From an uncultured Pseudomonadota bacterium (GTDB taxonomy: Bacteria; Myxococcota_A; Polyangia; Fen-1088), in assembly GCA_963847705.1 (NCBI GenBank), contig CAWKBC010000027.1, positions 672,001 to 736,000 of the forward strand: a stretch of 64,000 nucleotides of DNA, written 5' to 3'. The translations under genes were made by a program, and so were the position numbers. The notes beneath the pieces are model-generated. The model had not been told where the DNA came from. It saw nothing but the letters and a program-made list of their open reading frames with translations, and made no database searches. Below are positions 11,943-20,948 of this stretch, piece by piece. Within the stretch, counting starts at the first letter, position 1. Every line of letters begins with the position of its first letter.

Positions 11943-12809
11943 ATGCCCATCCGCGTCCACATTGGTGGCTCCGTCTGCCCCCCCGAAGAAGCGAAGGTAT
12001 CGGTGTTTGACCGAGGGTTTCTCTATGGTGACAGCGTCTACGAGACCATCGGAACGGCCTATGGTCGGCTCTTCGCCGCCCGCGATCATCTTTACCGCCT
12101 GGAGCGCTCGGCGGAGCGGATCGGCCTGCGGGCCCCGCCCCGGGCCACCATCGAGCGCGCCATCGCCGACACGATGGCCGCGGCGGGCTTCCCCGAGTCG
12201 CGCGTGCGCGTCATCTTGACTCGCGGGGCCGGCAAGCTGGATCTCGACCCGGCGTCGGTCGACGACACGCAGCTCATCGTCATCGTGTTCCCACTCGGCG
12301 CGCCGACCCCCGAGATGTACGACAAAGGGGTGGCGGTGGCGATCGTCTCGATCACGCGCAACAGCCCGCTGGCCATGGACCCGATGGTCAAATCGGGCAA
12401 CTACCTGAACAACGTGCTGGCGCTCGGCGAGGCCCGCCGGCGCAACAAGGCCTACGAGGCGATCCTCTGCGGCGGCGACGGGAGCATCGCCGAGGGGTCG
12501 ACCAGCAACATCTTCATCGTCAGCGGTGGCGAGGTGCGGACGCCGCCGCCCGAGGCCGGGATCCTGGACGGAATCACCCGCGGCAAGGTCATGGAGCTCT
12601 GCCGCACGAACGGGATCCCGCTCGTCGAGCGGCGCATCTCCCCGGACGAGCTGCGCGGGGCCGACGAGGCCTTCATCACCAGCGCCACGCGCGGCGTCCT
12701 GCCCGTCACCACCGTCGACGAAAAGCCGGTGGCCGCCGGGCGCCCCGGACCGGTCACCCGCAAGTTGATCGGTCTTTACGACGCGCTCGCCCGGCGCGGC
12801 GTAGACTAG
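11943..12809 (+). CDS. class IV PLP aminotransferase (IlvE/Dat/PabC family)
   Basis: DRGFLYGDSVYET, HLYRL, KSGNY, EGSTSNIF, ILDGITR, DEAFITS. Confidence 0.93.
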   Translation: MPIRVHIGGSVCPPEEAKVSVFDRGFLYGDSVYETIGTAYGRLFAARDHLYRLERSAERIGLRAPPRATIERAIADTMAAAGFPESRVRVILTRGAGKLDLDPASVDDTQLIVIVFPLGAPTPEMYDKGVAVAIVSITRNSPLAMDPMVKSGNYLNNVLALGEARRRNKAYEAILCGGDGSIAEGSTSNIFIVSGGEVRTPPPEAGILDGITRGKVMELCRTNGIPLVERRISPDELRGADEAFITSATRGVLPVTTVDEKPVAAGRPGPVTRKLIGLYDALARRGVD

Positions 12810-12826
12810 ACGGCGAGGGTGATGAG

Positions 12827-13051
12827 GTGAACGGTGCCGCCACGCTGCTCCCGAAGTTCTTCGTCATCTGCAGTGTCATCCTGATCCTGACCGGCGTGGC
12901 CCAGTACCTGGTCCGGCCCCGCAAGCCGAAGGAGTCGCTGCCCGAGAAGGTGGCCAACCGGGCCACCATCACGGCGCTGCTGTCGATCGCGGTCGGCGTC
13001 GCCGGTCTGCTGATCGGCCTCGGCGTGGTGCCGATGCCGCACTTTCACTAG
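12827..13051 (+). CDS. small two-TM membrane protein
   Basis: 74 aa, two hydrophobic helices, purine-rich sequence before GTG, high GC3. Confidence 0.7.
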   Translation: MNGAATLLPKFFVICSVILILTGVAQYLVRPRKPKESLPEKVANRATITALLSIAVGVAGLLIGLGVVPMPHFH

Positions 13052-13078
13052 CGTCCCGACGGCGATCTGCACGCCGGA

Positions 13079-13192
13079 GGGCGCGAAGCGCCCGGGTCCC
13101 AGCACCGGGAGGCTCGGCTTTGCCGAGCCGGCGTCGACGGCCGACGGGGGGAGCTCGCGAGGGGGGATACCCCCTCACGGCGCCGAAGGCGC
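13079..13192. repeat. cluster of short palindromes (REP/BIME-like or bidirectional terminator)
   Basis: gggcgc-gaa-gcgccc 13079-13093; ggctcggc-ttt-gccgagcc 13111-13129; gaggggg-gata-ccccctc 13159-13176; gcgcc-gaa-ggcgc 13180-13192; between convergent genes. Confidence 0.7.
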
Positions 13193-13193
13193 G

Positions 13194-14225
13194 CTAGCCC
13201 TTCTTGCTCTTGCCGCCCTTGCCGCCGCCGCCCGTGGCCTTGGTCAGCTTGGGGGAGACCATCACCCGATCCTTGGGCAGGGACGACAGCGCCGCCGTGT
13301 ACGTCTTGGTCTTCTGCTGCTCCTGATCCTTCATGGCGCCCTTGTCGTCGGTCTTGTGCATCCCGAGCTTGGCGAAGGTGATCGCCGCGTAGGAGGCGAT
13401 GGTCTCCTGCACGTTCGACAGGTGCTGGTCGAACTCCTGACGGGTGACGGTGATCTTCAGGACCGGCTGATCGTCGAGGACGCCGATGTAGGTCACCTGC
13501 TGCAGCTCGGGCGCCTTCAGGAACATGGCGGTCAGGAACTCCGCCCAGTAGGTCATCGCGCTGTTGAACGTGAGCGACTGCACGTACTCGTCCTTGCCGC
13601 TCTCGAGGTAGGGGTAGGTCACCTCGACGGCCTTGTGGGGCTCGTCGATCTTCATGGTCGGCTTGTGCTTGAAGTTGTCGTCGACGCGCACGACCTTCTT
13701 CTTCTCGTTCAGGCGGCAGGTGTCCTCGAGATCCTCGGGCGCCGCGCGGTTCAAGCTGTACTCGAACGACTTCTCCACCTCCTCGGGGAACCCCAGGCGG
13801 ATGGCGTTCTCGCACTTGGGACCCTTGTCGCCGTGCTCGCGCCAGATCTTGGCCACCGGGTTTCCACCGGTCTGGGCGTCGCCCTCGGTGTCGTAGAACG
13901 CGCCGAGGAACGTGGTCGGCTCGAAGGTGTTGCGGGTCATCGCGTATCTATAAAGAAACTGCAGGGCGGGGTAGATGTCGTCGCGCTTGGTCTTCTGCTT
14001 CAAGGCGACGTGCATCTTCACGTCCTGGCCGTCGGTCGGTCCGGAGACCTCGTCGCGGACGACCGTGAAGGCCGGGATGCCCGCGGGGATCTTGGGCTGA
14101 TCGCAGCAGGTCGTCGGGGCCGCGGGCTTGTCGGTCTGGCACGACGAGAGCGAGAGCAGGGCGGCGACCGCCGCACCTCCAACCAGTGAGTGGGCCACAA
14201 CGCTACGCGACAGCTGGTGACGCAT
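13194..14225 (-). CDS. hypothetical lipoprotein
   Basis: Lipobox LSSC; strongly biased codons; Lys-rich tail; no family recognised. Confidence 0.8.
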   Translation of the reverse strand: MRHQLSRSVVAHSLVGGAAVAALLSLSSCQTDKPAAPTTCCDQPKIPAGIPAFTVVRDEVSGPTDGQDVKMHVALKQKTKRDDIYPALQFLYRYAMTRNTFEPTTFLGAFYDTEGDAQTGGNPVAKIWREHGDKGPKCENAIRLGFPEEVEKSFEYSLNRAAPEDLEDTCRLNEKKKVVRVDDNFKHKPTMKIDEPHKAVEVTYPYLESGKDEYVQSLTFNSAMTYWAEFLTAMFLKAPELQQVTYIGVLDDQPVLKITVTRQEFDQHLSNVQETIASYAAITFAKLGMHKTDDKGAMKDQEQQKTKTYTAALSSLPKDRVMVSPKLTKATGGGGKGGKSKKG

Positions 14226-14400
14226 CCGGAGCCTCCGAGACGAGGGGGGGAACAGCGGGAAGTGAGTGAGAACAGCGACGCGAGGCGCACGCTACATCAA
14301 CCCGTCGCTGCGAGGGGTCTTTCTTTCAATCGGCGCCGAGGTAGGGTATTGTACGTGCGTCGGAGCTGAACCAGCTTTCAGCTTCGCGCTAAACCATAAA

Positions 14401-15306
14401 ATGGCATCGATTGTCATGACGCGGCGACCTTGGGTGCTCGCGCTGGTTTTCTCGATGATGCTGCTGGCGCTCGGCACCAAAGAGGCGCGCGCGCAGCTCA
14501 CGCCGCAGCAAAAACAGGATATCCACGTCCACTACCAGCAGGCGACGCGGGCCTACGATCTCGGCAAGTACCAAGAGGCCGTCGACGAGTATCAGAAGGT
14601 CTACGAGATCGACGGCGATCCGGTGATGCTCTACAACATCGCCCAGGCCTACCGGCTCAACGATCAGCCGCAGGAGTCGATCCACTTCTACCGGCGTTAC
14701 CTCCAGCGCTCGCCCGAGGCGCGCAACAAGGAAGACGTCGAGCGCAAGATCACCGCGATGGAGAAGCTGATCGAGGAGCGGCGCAAGGCGGCCGCCCTGG
14801 TCGCGCCACCGCCGCCCAGGACGGACGTGAAGCCGGTGGCGGTCCCCGAACCGGTGGTGCCGCCGCCGGTGTCACCGCCCGTGGTCGTCGCCCCGCCGCC
14901 ACCGCCACCGCCGCCGCCGCCCTCGACGACCCGCCGGGTCCTCGGATGGTCGATGGTCGGGGTGGGGGCCGCCTCGATCGCGGTGGCGATTGTCGAAGGG
15001 ATCAGGGCGAAGAACCGCGGCGATGAGCTGACCAAGGATCAGGGCACCGTTGCGATGCCGAATCCCTGGACTCCCGAGCTGGAATCAATTCAGTCGGAAG
15101 GCAAGACCGCCAACATCGTCGCCATCGTCTGCGGCATCGCCGGCACCGCGGTCGGCGTTGGCGGTGCGATCGTGCTCATCACCAACGGTTCGTCATCGTC
15201 GGCCAACGACAACGGCGCACCGTCGGCCGCGACGACCAACACCGTCAGCTTCGCCCCGTGGGTCGGCCCTGGGCTGGTGGGTGGCGGCATGGGGCTGAGG
15301 TTCTAA
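14401..15306 (+). CDS. exported TPR protein with Pro-rich linker and hydrophobic C-terminal segments
   Basis: Signal peptide ending ARA; TPRs (YDLGKYQEAVDEYQKVY, LYNIAQAYRL); poly-Pro; two hydrophobic stretches; ends GGGMGLRF. Confidence 0.85.
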   Translation: MASIVMTRRPWVLALVFSMMLLALGTKEARAQLTPQQKQDIHVHYQQATRAYDLGKYQEAVDEYQKVYEIDGDPVMLYNIAQAYRLNDQPQESIHFYRRYLQRSPEARNKEDVERKITAMEKLIEERRKAAALVAPPPPRTDVKPVAVPEPVVPPPVSPPVVVAPPPPPPPPPPSTTRRVLGWSMVGVGAASIAVAIVEGIRAKNRGDELTKDQGTVAMPNPWTPELESIQSEGKTANIVAIVCGIAGTAVGVGGAIVLITNGSSSSANDNGAPSAATTNTVSFAPWVGPGLVGGGMGLRF

Positions 15307-15309
15307 GCC

Positions 15310-16296
15310 GTGCGGTCGGCGCAGGTCCTGGCCGTCCGCGCGCTGTTGGTGGGCACGCTCCTGGCAAGCTTTAGCGTTGGCTGCTTCCGCCCGGCCAACC
15401 TCTCCGGCCGCTACTCCTGCGGCGCCAAAGGCGCCTGCCCTGACGGCCTGCAATGCAACTCCAGCAACATCTGCGTCTCGTCTCTCGGGGGCGCCAATGG
15501 AACCGGCGGCAAAGGCGGCACGGGTGGAGCAGCCGGCACGGACGGCGGTCCGATGGATGTGCCACCAGATCGCCCCTGCACGGGGGCCATCGCCAGTTGC
15601 CCGCCAAGCGACGCGGGGTTGTGCGATCCCGTCTGCAACCTCGGCTGCCGCGACTGCTTCGACAAGTGCTCGGTCAACACCGCCGGGGAACTGACGTGCA
15701 ACGCTCCGACTCCTGGCGCTCCGGTTGGGATCTTTGGCCAGTGTGCCCAGGTGAACTCGGGCTCGGGGCAGACGGACAATTGTGCGCCGGGCGAGTTCTG
15801 CTTCACCAACGGGGAGTGCGGAAGCCGCTGCTACCAGTTCTGCAGAGTAAATTCAGATTGTGCGAACGGCGCAAGCTGCTCGCGCGATGCAGGTGGCGGC
15901 AACAAATTCTGTGACTCGCCTCCTGCCGACTGCAACCCGGTCAAGAGCGCCGCCGGCAACCGGACGTACAATGGATGCGTGGGGTTACCGAGCTCTCTCG
16001 GTTGTTACCTTTCGTCGACCTCAGGTCATACGATCTGCGACTGCGAGTTCGCGGGTGGAAGGTTTGGCGAAAGCTGCACCCACTCCCGGGACTGCTTGGC
16101 CGGCCTTGTTTGCTACGATCCGACTGGCGGCACGGCGCCGAGCGCGCTGTGCTTTCCGGTCTGTCGGCTTCCTGTGGATGGGGGCGTTGACCCCACGAAC
16201 CCCGACGCCGGCGAGTCGGGATGCAACGGCGGGGTGCAAAATTGCCTGCCGTTCAGTTCAGGGGGCACGGTGTACGGTTACTGCCTAAACGGTTGA
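15310..16296 (+). CDS. cysteine-rich lipoprotein
   Basis: Lipobox SVGC; dense Cys pattern; Gly-rich linker; 3 bp downstream of the TPR gene. Confidence 0.8.
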   Translation: MRSAQVLAVRALLVGTLLASFSVGCFRPANLSGRYSCGAKGACPDGLQCNSSNICVSSLGGANGTGGKGGTGGAAGTDGGPMDVPPDRPCTGAIASCPPSDAGLCDPVCNLGCRDCFDKCSVNTAGELTCNAPTPGAPVGIFGQCAQVNSGSGQTDNCAPGEFCFTNGECGSRCYQFCRVNSDCANGASCSRDAGGGNKFCDSPPADCNPVKSAAGNRTYNGCVGLPSSLGCYLSSTSGHTICDCEFAGGRFGESCTHSRDCLAGLVCYDPTGGTAPSALCFPVCRLPVDGGVDPTNPDAGESGCNGGVQNCLPFSSGGTVYGYCLNG

Positions 16297-16308
16297 GGAC
16301 CTGCCCGC

Positions 16309-17127
16309 TTGCCCACCTTTGGTCGGAACGCCACTTTCGGAATCGGCGTGGTTCTGCTCGTCCTAGGTTGCTACAGCCCGAATATCGGTCCAGCTACCTA
16401 CGCCTGCGGGTCTGATGGCGGCTGTCCGGACAAGTTTCACTGCGCCTCGAACCACCTCTGCTATCCGGAGGGCGACGCGGGCGTGCCGCCGGCCTGCGAG
16501 TCGGACGCGTCGGTGCAGCAGGTCTGTTCGACCGTCCCTGCCAGCGGTCAGGCCTGCGATCCTGGCTGCCAGAATGGGTGCAGTGGCTGTGGCTGGTGCG
16601 CCGTCCTCGCCAATGGTGTAACGAAGTGTCTGACGGAGAGTCCGGGCACCAAGAAGATTGGCGATATTTGCGATCCTTCGCTGACGTCGACCTGCTTGCC
16701 CGGTTTGTACTGCCAACCCGAGTGCAACAGCGGTCGCTGTTACAGGTTCTGTGACGTCCTCGACAAGAACGCCTGTGGGACCGGATCCACGTGCAGCATC
16801 GCGGGCAAGGTGTATGGGGACGGCGGAACCCTCTCCTTCGAGCTCTGCAGCCTCGTGTCGACTTGTAACGCCGTCACTCAGGAGGGCTGCGATCTCCCCT
16901 TCGCCTGTTACCCGACGGGGCTGACCCCTCCGACCGAGTGCGACTGTCCTCAAACGGTAACCACCGGCCAACCGTGTGGCTTCCGAGCCCAGTGCGTCCG
17001 TGGCGACAGCTGCATTGGCCCCGCGAACATGTCGGCGATCTGCCTGCAGACCTGCCTGGCCAGCTCGGACTGTACGTCGGGCACCTGTATGAACCCCGCG
17101 AATACGGCCTACGGCTACTGCATGTGA
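16309..17127 (+). CDS. cysteine-rich lipoprotein, paralog of the upstream gene
   Basis: Lipobox VLGC; same Cys spacing (CDPGCQNGC, RCYRFC, ECDC, YGYC). Confidence 0.8.
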   Translation: MPTFGRNATFGIGVVLLVLGCYSPNIGPATYACGSDGGCPDKFHCASNHLCYPEGDAGVPPACESDASVQQVCSTVPASGQACDPGCQNGCSGCGWCAVLANGVTKCLTESPGTKKIGDICDPSLTSTCLPGLYCQPECNSGRCYRFCDVLDKNACGTGSTCSIAGKVYGDGGTLSFELCSLVSTCNAVTQEGCDLPFACYPTGLTPPTECDCPQTVTTGQPCGFRAQCVRGDSCIGPANMSAICLQTCLASSDCTSGTCMNPANTAYGYCM

Positions 17128-17169
17128 CGTCGTCCGGCCCGTCGCGGACAACGGTGGGCTCAGGTCGCG

Positions 17170-17658
17170 CTAGTGACCGAGGACGTATCCGAGACGACCG
17201 TTGAGGCTTCGTGATTCGCTGACGCGACGCCAGAGCAGGTAGCCGAGGATGGCGAGGTTCAATGCGAGAGCGACGACCTTCCCCGGGCCGAAGTGCTCCA
17301 CGCCTTCGTAGATTTCGATCGGAATGAAAGATGCGGTCACCACGACGGTCAGCCACTCGGCCCAGCGCCGGCGGGTGAGGAGGCCGATGCCCTCGACCAA
17401 GAACACCGCCGCGTAGCAGAGCGAGGCGACGGCGAGCTTGCGGGCCGTGTGGTCGTCGAACGCGCTGAGCTTGCCGAGGAAGTGGGCGAACGCGTGGCGT
17501 CCGGGCGAGATACCCAGCCAACCGGCGATGTGCCGGACGTGACGGGCCAGGTCGCTCGGAACGGCCGCCAATCCGGCGATGCCGAGGGTTATGAGCAGAG
17601 CCGCCTTGATCAGCTTGAACACGCCGATTGCGGTGATGACCCGATTGCGCTTTGCCAC
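17170..17658 (-). CDS. DUF2127 family membrane protein
   Basis: IGVFKLIKA, YAAVFLVEGIGL, WAEWLTVVVTASFIPIEIYE; GTG start inferred. Confidence 0.88.
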   Translation of the reverse strand: MAKRNRVITAIGVFKLIKAALLITLGIAGLAAVPSDLARHVRHIAGWLGISPGRHAFAHFLGKLSAFDDHTARKLAVASLCYAAVFLVEGIGLLTRRRWAEWLTVVVTASFIPIEIYEGVEHFGPGKVVALALNLAILGYLLWRRVSESRSLNGRLGYVLGH

Positions 17659-17700
17659 TTCGGTGAAGTGTGGGCACGAGACGGTTGGTTGAATAGGCCT

Positions 17701-17756
17701 ATCTCGCGGGAGAATGGGGCCATCCCGCGGGAGCTGAGGGGGCCATCTCGCGGGAG
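17701..17756. promoter_or_regulatory. three near-palindromic direct repeats atc(t/c)cgcgggag in a divergent intergenic region
   Basis: Copies start at 17701, 17722 and 17745. Confidence 0.45.
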
Positions 17757-17833
17757 AAGGCGGCACGGCGACGGACCGTTCGGCGCAGAAGCGTCGCGGG
17801 CGCGGCGGCGAAAGTCGAGTAGTCTTGGCCGCC

Positions 17834-18757
17834 ATGCCGTCGTCCCCCTCCGTCACGTTGCCGCGGTTTGCGTTCCTGACGCCGCGGGTGCTGCCGCCGG
17901 CGTCGAAGATCGAGGGGCGGGTGGCGGTGCTCGATGTGGCGTTCGCCAGCGAGGGGGGCGGGGCGTCGTTCGAGAAGACGACGCTGCCGTTCATTCGCGG
18001 GTTGGGCGGGCGGCTGGCGGCCTGGGTCGATCACCACGATCACGACCGCCACGCCGACTACGTGGGGGATCCGCGCTTCGTCCTCACCACCAAGGCGGAG
18101 CACGGCGCCTGTCCCGAGTTGGTGACCCCCGAGGTGGTGGGCGCGGCCGGGCCGGTCGACACGGTGGCGATGCACCTCGATCTCGACGGCCTCTATTCGG
18201 GCGCCAAGTGGGTCCTCGGCGGCGTCGAGCCGTACGAGGGGGCCGACGCCGACGCGCGCGCCATCGACACCCGCCGCGGCGAGCCGGGGCCGATCGCCAA
18301 TCGCATCGATCGCGCGCTGCGGGCGCGCTTTCGCGACGAGACGCTGAAGCACCGGGTGATCCAGTACCTGCTGTCGCGCGCGAAGGATCAGGTGCTGTGG
18401 GGCGAGATTGAGGAGGCGGCGCGCGAGATCGACCCGCTGCTCGACGAGAGCAAACGGCTGGCCGACAAGTACGAGCTCATCGACGGCGTCGCCTTCGTCG
18501 AGGCGGCCGGGCGCCCCTACGACAAGACCGAGCTGTTGCTGATCGGCCAGGAGAAGTCGCCGGTGGCCGTGGTGCGCGACTCGGGCTCGCTGACCATCGC
18601 CGCCGACTTCGAGTCGGGGCTCGACTTCGTGAAGATGTTCGACCTCGGGGGCGGCATGCCGACGCGCGTGACCGTGCCGGAGGCGCGCCGGGCGGAGGCC
18701 ATGGCGAAGCTGGCGGCCGCGGTTGCCGCGCGCGCCCGGCCGGCCGGCGTGTTGTAA
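17834..18757 (+). CDS. DHH-like phosphoesterase family protein
   Basis: VAVLD, WVDHHDH, HLDLDG, AIDTR and C-terminal GGG motifs. Confidence 0.7.
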   Translation: MPSSPSVTLPRFAFLTPRVLPPASKIEGRVAVLDVAFASEGGGASFEKTTLPFIRGLGGRLAAWVDHHDHDRHADYVGDPRFVLTTKAEHGACPELVTPEVVGAAGPVDTVAMHLDLDGLYSGAKWVLGGVEPYEGADADARAIDTRRGEPGPIANRIDRALRARFRDETLKHRVIQYLLSRAKDQVLWGEIEEAAREIDPLLDESKRLADKYELIDGVAFVEAAGRPYDKTELLLIGQEKSPVAVVRDSGSLTIAADFESGLDFVKMFDLGGGMPTRVTVPEARRAEAMAKLAAAVAARARPAGVL

Positions 18758-18768
18758 GATCTGGGAAA

Positions 18769-19665
18769 ATGGCCACCCGCCGGCAGCCCAGGAGTCTTCC
18801 CACCCGAACCCACGTGGCGCTGGCGTCGCGGGTGCTGGCGGCGGCGAGCGGGCTGCGCGCCGGGCTGGCCTCCGAGGGGCCGCTGCCCTCGCGCACCGAC
18901 ATCCGGGTGCTGGTCGAGGAGCTGCTGGAGGTGCTGTTCCCCGAATCGCACCGCCTGGGGACCAACGGCGGCAGCCTGCGCGACCACGTGGCCGCCACGA
19001 TCGGCACCCTGGAGGCGCACCTGGAGACCGCGATCTTCCTGGGCCTGCACCGCCTCTGCGCTGGCAAGGATCGCGGCGGCGGCAAGTGCGCGCGGCGGGC
19101 GCGCGCGATGACGGGGCAGCTGCTGGAGAGCCTGCCCGAGGTGCGGGCGGCGCTGGCCAAGGATGTCCTGGTCGCCTACGAGTGCGATCCGGCCGCCAGC
19201 GGCGTCGACGAGATCGTCGCCTGTTACCCGGGCCTGTTCGCCATCGCCATCTACCGGGTGGCGCACCTGCTGCTCGCCTGCGGGGCGCAGGTGGTGCCGC
19301 GCATGCTCACCGAGCACGCGCACTCCCGCACCGGCATCGACATTCACCCCGGCGCCACCATCGGTGAGTCGTTCTTCATCGACCACGGGACAGGGATCGT
19401 GGTGGGCGAGACCAGCCGGATCGGCGATCGCGTCCGCATCTACCAGGGGGTGACCCTCGGCGCGCTGTCGGTGAAGGATCGCGGCAAGAATGATGGCGCG
19501 CCCAGCAAGCAACGACACCCGACCATCGAGGACGAGGTGACGATCTATGCGAACGCGACGATCCTGGGGGGGAGCACGGTGATTGGGCGGGGGGCGACCG
19601 TCGGCGGCAACGCCTGGATCACCTATTCGGTGCCGCCCGGGATCCGTGTCGGCGTGGGGACGTAG
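18769..19665 (+). CDS. cysE: serine O-acetyltransferase
   Basis: DPAA, YPGLFAIAIYRVAH, GIDIHPGATIG, FFIDHGTG, YQGVTLG, RHPTI. Confidence 0.93.
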   Translation: MATRRQPRSLPTRTHVALASRVLAAASGLRAGLASEGPLPSRTDIRVLVEELLEVLFPESHRLGTNGGSLRDHVAATIGTLEAHLETAIFLGLHRLCAGKDRGGGKCARRARAMTGQLLESLPEVRAALAKDVLVAYECDPAASGVDEIVACYPGLFAIAIYRVAHLLLACGAQVVPRMLTEHAHSRTGIDIHPGATIGESFFIDHGTGIVVGETSRIGDRVRIYQGVTLGALSVKDRGKNDGAPSKQRHPTIEDEVTIYANATILGGSTVIGRGATVGGNAWITYSVPPGIRVGVGT

Positions 19666-19745
19666 CGACGCTCTCGCCGCGGGTTTCCCAGCTTCTTCGC
19701 GACGTCTCGGCGCAGATCCTAGACGCCCAGCGGCCGATCCGGGTC

Positions 19746-20948
19746 TTGCGCCTGCTCAGCTGGAGCGAGGAGGTCGAGCGCGACTTCTTCGCCTCGGCCG
19801 GCCGCGAGCTGCCGCGCCCCGCGTATCGCGTCTCGCCCGAGGTGGCGGAGGCGGGGGTCCGGTTCAAGGCGTTGAAGGCGCTCTGCCCGGGCGACGGCGC
19901 GATCGAGATCTTCCTGCGCGACACCTGCGACGCCTTCGCCACCGCCGCCCGCATGCTGGCCGCCGCGGGGACGCGCGATTTTTACCACCACTCCGTCGAG
20001 CTCTACGGACGGCCCGCCAGCCTGACCGCTGACCGGCGCACCACCAACCTGGGCCTGGCCCAGCACTTTCGCGGCGTGGTCGACGGCGTGGCCGGACGCG
20101 CCCCCATCCCCAGCCCTCAGGACGAGCTCTGCTACAGCGCGGAGGAGGTGGTGCCGCTCCTGGCTGCCCGCTTCGCGGCGTTCTTCCCGGGGCAGGGGAT
20201 CGGCGTCGAGCTCACCGACGGCATCCCGGCCAAGGCGGTGGCCGGCGTCGACGGCGTGCGGATCAAACGCGGCGTGCGGTTTTCTCGGCGGGATCTGGCG
20301 CAGCTGGAGTTTCACGAGGGGCAGGTCCACGTGGCCACGGCGCTCAACGGGCGCGCGCAGCCGGTGATGCCCTTCATCGGTTACCCCTCGCCCCGCACGA
20401 CGGCGACCCAGGAGGGGCTGGCGGTCCTCACCGAGTTTCTGACCCAGTCGACCAGCATCGATCGGCTGCGGCGGCTCGCCGATCGAACGCTGGCCATCAA
20501 GATCGCGGAGGAGGGGGCCGACTTCTGCGAGCTCTACCGGTTCTTCCTGGAGCGCGGCAACGACGAGATGGCGGCGTTCGACGGCGCGCGGCGGGTCTGC
20601 CGGGGCGGTCTCTGCGGCGGCGGCGCGCCCTTCACCAAGGACGTCTGCTACCTCGACGGCCTCCTGCGGGTCACCAACTTCCTGCGCGTGGCGCTGGTGA
20701 AGGGGCATCTGGCCGACGTGTCGCTCTTCTTCGCCGGCAAGATCGCGGTCGAGGACGTGCCTCTCTTCGGACGCCTCCAGCGCGAGGGGCTGGTGCGGGC
20801 GCCCGACCACCTGCCCGAGTGGGCCCGCGACCTGTCGTACCTGACCGCCTTCATGAGCTACTCGGCCTTTCTGGGCGAGTGCGATCTCGGCGCCGAGCGG
20901 CGGCGCTACGAAGACCTGATCACGCGTGCCGAGGACGAGATGGAATGA
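19746..20948 (+). CDS. QEGLA-motif (DUF1704) gluzincin-like metallo-carboxypeptidase
   Basis: HEGQVH (HExxxH), TTATQEGLA, FTKDVCYLDG; true start may lie further upstream. Confidence 0.88.
   Translation: MRLLSWSEEVERDFFASAGRELPRPAYRVSPEVAEAGVRFKALKALCPGDGAIEIFLRDTCDAFATAARMLAAAGTRDFYHHSVELYGRPASLTADRRTTNLGLAQHFRGVVDGVAGRAPIPSPQDELCYSAEEVVPLLAARFAAFFPGQGIGVELTDGIPAKAVAGVDGVRIKRGVRFSRRDLAQLEFHEGQVHVATALNGRAQPVMPFIGYPSPRTTATQEGLAVLTEFLTQSTSIDRLRRLADRTLAIKIAEEGADFCELYRFFLERGNDEMAAFDGARRVCRGGLCGGGAPFTKDVCYLDGLLRVTNFLRVALVKGHLADVSLFFAGKIAVEDVPLFGRLQREGLVRAPDHLPEWARDLSYLTAFMSYSAFLGECDLGAERRRYEDLITRAEDEME

Noticed and set aside
14402-14418. TGGCATCG... as a sigma54 promoter
   Set aside because: The -12 position reads CA rather than GC, and the site overlaps the likely start codon.
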